Below are positions 44,283 through 47,268 of a stretch of DNA of 47,268 bases, piece after piece. The stretch is taken from IMG/VR virus record IMGVR_UViG_3300011113_000787, positions 1 through 47,268 of that record, one strand, 5' to 3'. A model generated the notes under the pieces. The model saw only the letters and a program-made list of their open reading frames with translations, made no database searches and was not told the DNA's origin. Position 1 is the first letter of the stretch; each line of letters begins with the position of its first letter. The position numbers were made by a program, and so were the translations under genes. This DNA is from a virus. Lineage: Duplodnaviria > Heunggongvirae > Uroviricota > Caudoviricetes.

Positions 44283-44863
44283 TTTTCACTGAGTATTTTT
44301 TGAATTACTCTTTCCGCTTGGTCTTTATTCATCCTGTGTTTATGTGGGTTCTCATCGAACCATCTTCTGACCAAAGTTTCATAATCTATTTTCTCACCCC
44401 TTGACCTCCTTTTGAAACCAGCTCTTTGAGCCTCCAATTCGTGATGTTGTGTGTAATACTTTTCAGGACTTTTGGGTTCTCGACTTGGAAACTTATATCC
44501 CTTTTGATGTTGTTTGATGTGCTCTAATTCGTGTCTGATAATTTCATTTAACTCACCAACCAAGGGTTGTAAAATTTCTTGACCATAACTCGGGTTAGTC
44601 ATTATTTCAACATATATTACATCATCATCATTGTAGTATTCAGCTTCCACATCGAACCCATCAACTGATTCATCAGATGAAATCTCTAAAAAAATTGAAA
44701 ATGAATTACTAAATTGAGGAAATTCATATTCCATTCGGTCTTCGTATAAATCCTCAGGAAGACCATACTCACCGTCTTTTTCTTTTTTGACGATGGTTAT
44801 AATATCCCTAACGATTGTTCTAACAACATTATCCAATTTGTCCTCTAAGATTAAGTTCTTCAT
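44279..44863 (-). CDS. HExxH-containing hypothetical protein
   Basis: RHELEHIKQ...HELEA. Confidence 0.6.
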   Translation of the reverse strand: MKNLILEDKLDNVVRTIVRDIITIVKKEKDGEYGLPEDLYEDRMEYEFPQFSNSFSIFLEISSDESVDGFDVEAEYYNDDDVIYVEIMTNPSYGQEILQPLVGELNEIIRHELEHIKQHQKGYKFPSREPKSPEKYYTQHHELEAQRAGFKRRSRGEKIDYETLVRRWFDENPHKHRMNKDQAERVIQKILSEK

Positions 44864-44865
44864 TA

Positions 44866-45300
44866 TTAATAAATACCTCTGAATGGTATTGATAAACCAA
44901 CCCCATATCGGAATCCTTCCATGTAATTCACACCGAAAGTAAAATCCAAACCTTTTTCTGTTTTCGTAAGGATTCTAAGAGGATAAATTTTAACCCATAT
45001 GTCTGGTTTAACAGAAATACTATCTCGGAATGATTCAACGAAACCTCCTGCCATCAATGATATTCTATGATTAGATATGGATATACCCATCCTATTAAAC
45101 CTACTCATAGGTGTGGTATAAATGTAAGGAGTGGGGAATGAGGTAAGTAGGTATCCACCTAAGTAAAATCCTACACCATTAAAGTCGTTGTTGTAAGTCA
45201 CCACCATTGTTTTTTGGTCGGGGACCCACATTACGTCACTTGTTTGACTGAAAGATTTCAAACAAATTATTAATAAAATTGTTGTTAGAGTTGTTTTCAT
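44866..45300 (-). CDS. secreted/outer-membrane beta-rich protein
   Basis: Signal-peptide-like MKTTLTTILLIICLKSFSQ and alternating beta strands; TAACTTTG box at 45305-45312. Confidence 0.6.
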   Translation of the reverse strand: MKTTLTTILLIICLKSFSQTSDVMWVPDQKTMVVTYNNDFNGVGFYLGGYLLTSFPTPYIYTTPMSRFNRMGISISNHRISLMAGGFVESFRDSISVKPDIWVKIYPLRILTKTEKGLDFTFGVNYMEGFRYGVGLSIPFRGIY

Positions 45301-45343
45301 ACAACAAAGTTAGTAAATTTGTATTTATCAAACAAGGAAAGAT

Positions 45344-45426
45344 GGAGAGAATCCGAATCGGTGAGGAAGCTGTCTTGAAAACAGTCGGGTGTAAAAGCCT
45401 TGGGGGTTCGAGCCCCTCTCTCTCCG
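45344..45426 (+). tRNA. tRNA-Ser(TGA)
   Basis: GCTGT-CTTGAAA-ACAGT with long variable arm; TAAATTTG promoter box at 45314-45321. Confidence 0.9.
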
Positions 45427-45427
45427 C

Positions 45428-45456
45428 AAAAGGTGGATAACTTATCCACCTTTTTT
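45428..45456 (+). terminator. terminator after tRNA-Ser
   Basis: AAAAGGTGGATAA/TTATCCACCTTTT. Confidence 0.85.
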
Positions 45457-45501
45457 ATTTGACTAAAAAAAATAATTGTTTTATGTTTTAAAAAAAAAGT
45501 T

Positions 45502-46503
45502 ATGTCTCGAATTGATGAACTGAAGAAACAATACCCCGAACTTAATGTATCTCTATTAGATATCATAGTTAATTTGGACACATCCAAAACTTACAAATAC
45601 GCACCTCTCTTTTGTAAACTGATTGCCAAAAGATTGAATTTAAAAAATAACAATCCAAATGAAAATTACATTGATGTAAAACTTAGATATGAGTCTAGTT
45701 TGATAAATAGAGGAATTTCTACAATCAATTTGACTGATAACGAGTTGTTTGTATACAACATGCTCATGGATTATTTCCCAACTGAGATTTTTTCCACAAT
45801 CAAAGAGTTCATGTATTTCATGGATAAAAATCAAATTGAAAATAAAGATGTTACTTCCTATTCAACAATTGATGAAATAAGAGGTGCAATTACTTTAGCA
45901 TCAATGAAAGAACTTACTAAAGAACTTGAAGGTCAGGTTATTAAAGAATACGAAGATGAAGTTTGGATTGCGGTTAGACCTCTAACATTCCAAGCGTCAG
46001 CAAAATATGGAACGGGTACTAGATGGTGTACAACCTATCAAGCAGAAAAAAACTATTTTGAAAGATATTGGAGAGGTGGAATTTTATGTTACTTCATCAA
46101 TAAAAAAACAGGTTACAAGTTTGCTGGATACAGAAGTCTACCTGATAGGGAGATGAGTTTTTGGAACGCAGCGGACAATCGTGTAGATTATTTGGATTTG
46201 GAAATTGATGATTATATGTTTTTGAACATAAGAAAAATATTTTCTTCTGAATTCACAAACAAAAACCTTTCTTCAGATGAAATTCAGGATTTGGTACATA
46301 AAGAGTGTATTGAGTCTTATGAAAAAAGGGAAATATCTATGGAACCAGACATTCCTGAATTGCACCAATTGGCAGTTAACGAACCACAACCCGTGGAGGA
46401 ACCAAATCAGGCTTTGATGGATGCTGTTCGTAGATATAGAACCATGACCGCAGTACCTAGATTCGAGGAACCAAATACCCCCGTAATGCAAATTAGAGGA
46501 TAA
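45502..46503 (+). CDS. hypothetical protein with SxKYGxxTxWCT domain
   Basis: WIAVRPLTFQASAKYGTGTRWCTT; paralog-like to 11579..13057. Confidence 0.75.
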   Translation: MSRIDELKKQYPELNVSLLDIIVNLDTSKTYKYAPLFCKLIAKRLNLKNNNPNENYIDVKLRYESSLINRGISTINLTDNELFVYNMLMDYFPTEIFSTIKEFMYFMDKNQIENKDVTSYSTIDEIRGAITLASMKELTKELEGQVIKEYEDEVWIAVRPLTFQASAKYGTGTRWCTTYQAEKNYFERYWRGGILCYFINKKTGYKFAGYRSLPDREMSFWNAADNRVDYLDLEIDDYMFLNIRKIFSSEFTNKNLSSDEIQDLVHKECIESYEKREISMEPDIPELHQLAVNEPQPVEEPNQALMDAVRRYRTMTAVPRFEEPNTPVMQIRG

Positions 46504-46508
46504 TATTG

Positions 46509-46532
46509 AACCCACCTTATTGGTGGGTTTTT
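46509..46532 (+). terminator. intrinsic terminator
   Basis: AACCCACC/GGTGGGTT plus T-tract. Confidence 0.8.
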
Positions 46533-46561
46533 AATTACAATAGTTAGGTATTTATCATAAC

Positions 46562-47268
46562 ATGAGGACACTCAACGAAATATTAGACAAATACAATGTA
46601 TCTGAAAAAAATGGCTCTTCAGGTAATTTGAAAGCACTGAAGAAAACTATTGAAGAACTTGAAAAGTTAGACAAAGTTCTACTTTTACCTTGTTCGAATA
46701 GATACAATTGGGATTTGGGTAAAATGGACATCCCAAAGTCTACAATTTTGGCGATGGTCATTGACGAGTACCTCGGAGACAAGTCTGTTTTGATTGATGT
46801 ACCAGAACTTAAAATTTATCCATGTGAGGGAAATGTATCGAGAGCTGAAGGTAATTCTTGTGGACTTAAAAAAGCCATGCTGAAAGACAAAACCAAAAAC
46901 CCATCAGGGGAACACAGATGTTGGGCTAGTCTAAACAACAAAGACGATGAACTTTGGAAAATATCAAAGGAACTTTTGGAATCTGATGCTGTTATATTTT
47001 TCTCATCTGTGAGATGGGGTCAAGCCAACATGTTTTATCAGAAATTGATTGAAAGACTTACATGGTTAGAAAATAGACACACAACTTTGGGTGAGTCTAA
47101 TATTATCAAAGACATTCAAAGTGGATTTATATGTGTAGGACAAAACTGGAAAGGTATCGATGTCGTAGATACTCAAAAAAGAGTACATACATATTATGGA
47201 TTCAGACCGAATGATGATTTCTATTGGAATTGGCAGTTCACAAACAAAATTTCTGATGAGACACAGAA
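46562..47268 (+). CDS. flavodoxin-like NADPH-dependent FMN reductase / iron-sulfur flavoprotein-like protein, partial
   Basis: Manual translation MRTLNEILDK...IYPCEGNVS...SCG...HRCW...SDAVIFFSSVRWG; open to the window end. Confidence 0.65.
   Translation, partial: MRTLNEILDKYNVSEKNGSSGNLKALKKTIEELEKLDKVLLLPCSNRYNWDLGKMDIPKSTILAMVIDEYLGDKSVLIDVPELKIYPCEGNVSRAEGNSCGLKKAMLKDKTKNPSGEHRCWASLNNKDDELWKISKELLESDAVIFFSSVRWGQANMFYQKLIERLTWLENRHTTLGESNIIKDIQSGFICVGQNWKGIDVVDTQKRVHTYYGFRPNDDFYWNWQFTNKISDETQ

Noticed and set aside
741-46782. Numerous 60-240-aa ORFs antisense to or overlapping longer genes or tRNAs (e.g. 741..962, 10322..10582, 14150..14341, 21312..21506, 23660..23872, 24150..24413, 26420..26797, 34309..35034, 45297..45587)
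   Set aside because: They are shadows of real genes or RNA genes, with no motifs or promoter boxes and atypical composition
1-47268. Alternative genetic code (stop-codon recoding), as in some jumbo phages
   Set aside because: Standard code gives dense full-length ORFs, TAG/TGA/TAA all act as stops, and no suppressor anticodon is present among the 25 tRNAs
1-47268. CRISPR array or rRNA genes
   Set aside because: No regularly spaced identical repeats and no rRNA-like sequence seen; the repeated GGTTCGA-type motifs are tRNA T-loops

Overview
AT-rich, gene-dense segment of a large tailed (jumbo-type) phage genome, most likely infecting Bacteroidota. Host evidence: about 15 intergenic TAnnTTTG boxes (the Bacteroidota primary-sigma -7 element), no obvious Shine-Dalgarno signals, lipobox lipoproteins, and a tmRNA tag starting with Gly. 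The window holds 25 tRNA genes covering all 20 amino acids, a tmRNA with an unusually long predicted tag, an N-domain-less ClpC-type ATPase, ClpP, Hsp20, a stand-alone Smr-domain gene and thyA. It also carries one GIY-YIG and two HNH endonucleases, tandem NodU/CmcH carbamoyltransferases, 2OG-Fe(II) oxygenases, sulfotransferase-, methyltransferase- and nucleotidyltransferase-like genes, and many acidic probable virion proteins preceded by a TATTTAT(A) motif. The most unusual signals are: (1) about eight long inter-tRNA spacers, each closed by a terminal helix, which are candidate novel ncRNAs released by tRNA processing; (2) a possible phage-encoded ribosome-rescue and proteolysis chain (Smr, tmRNA, ClpC/ClpP); (3) three micro-ORF plus terminator cassettes; and (4) hairpins burying the start codons of the mobile endonucleases. 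All family calls come from motif recognition by eye; no searches or folding programs were run.
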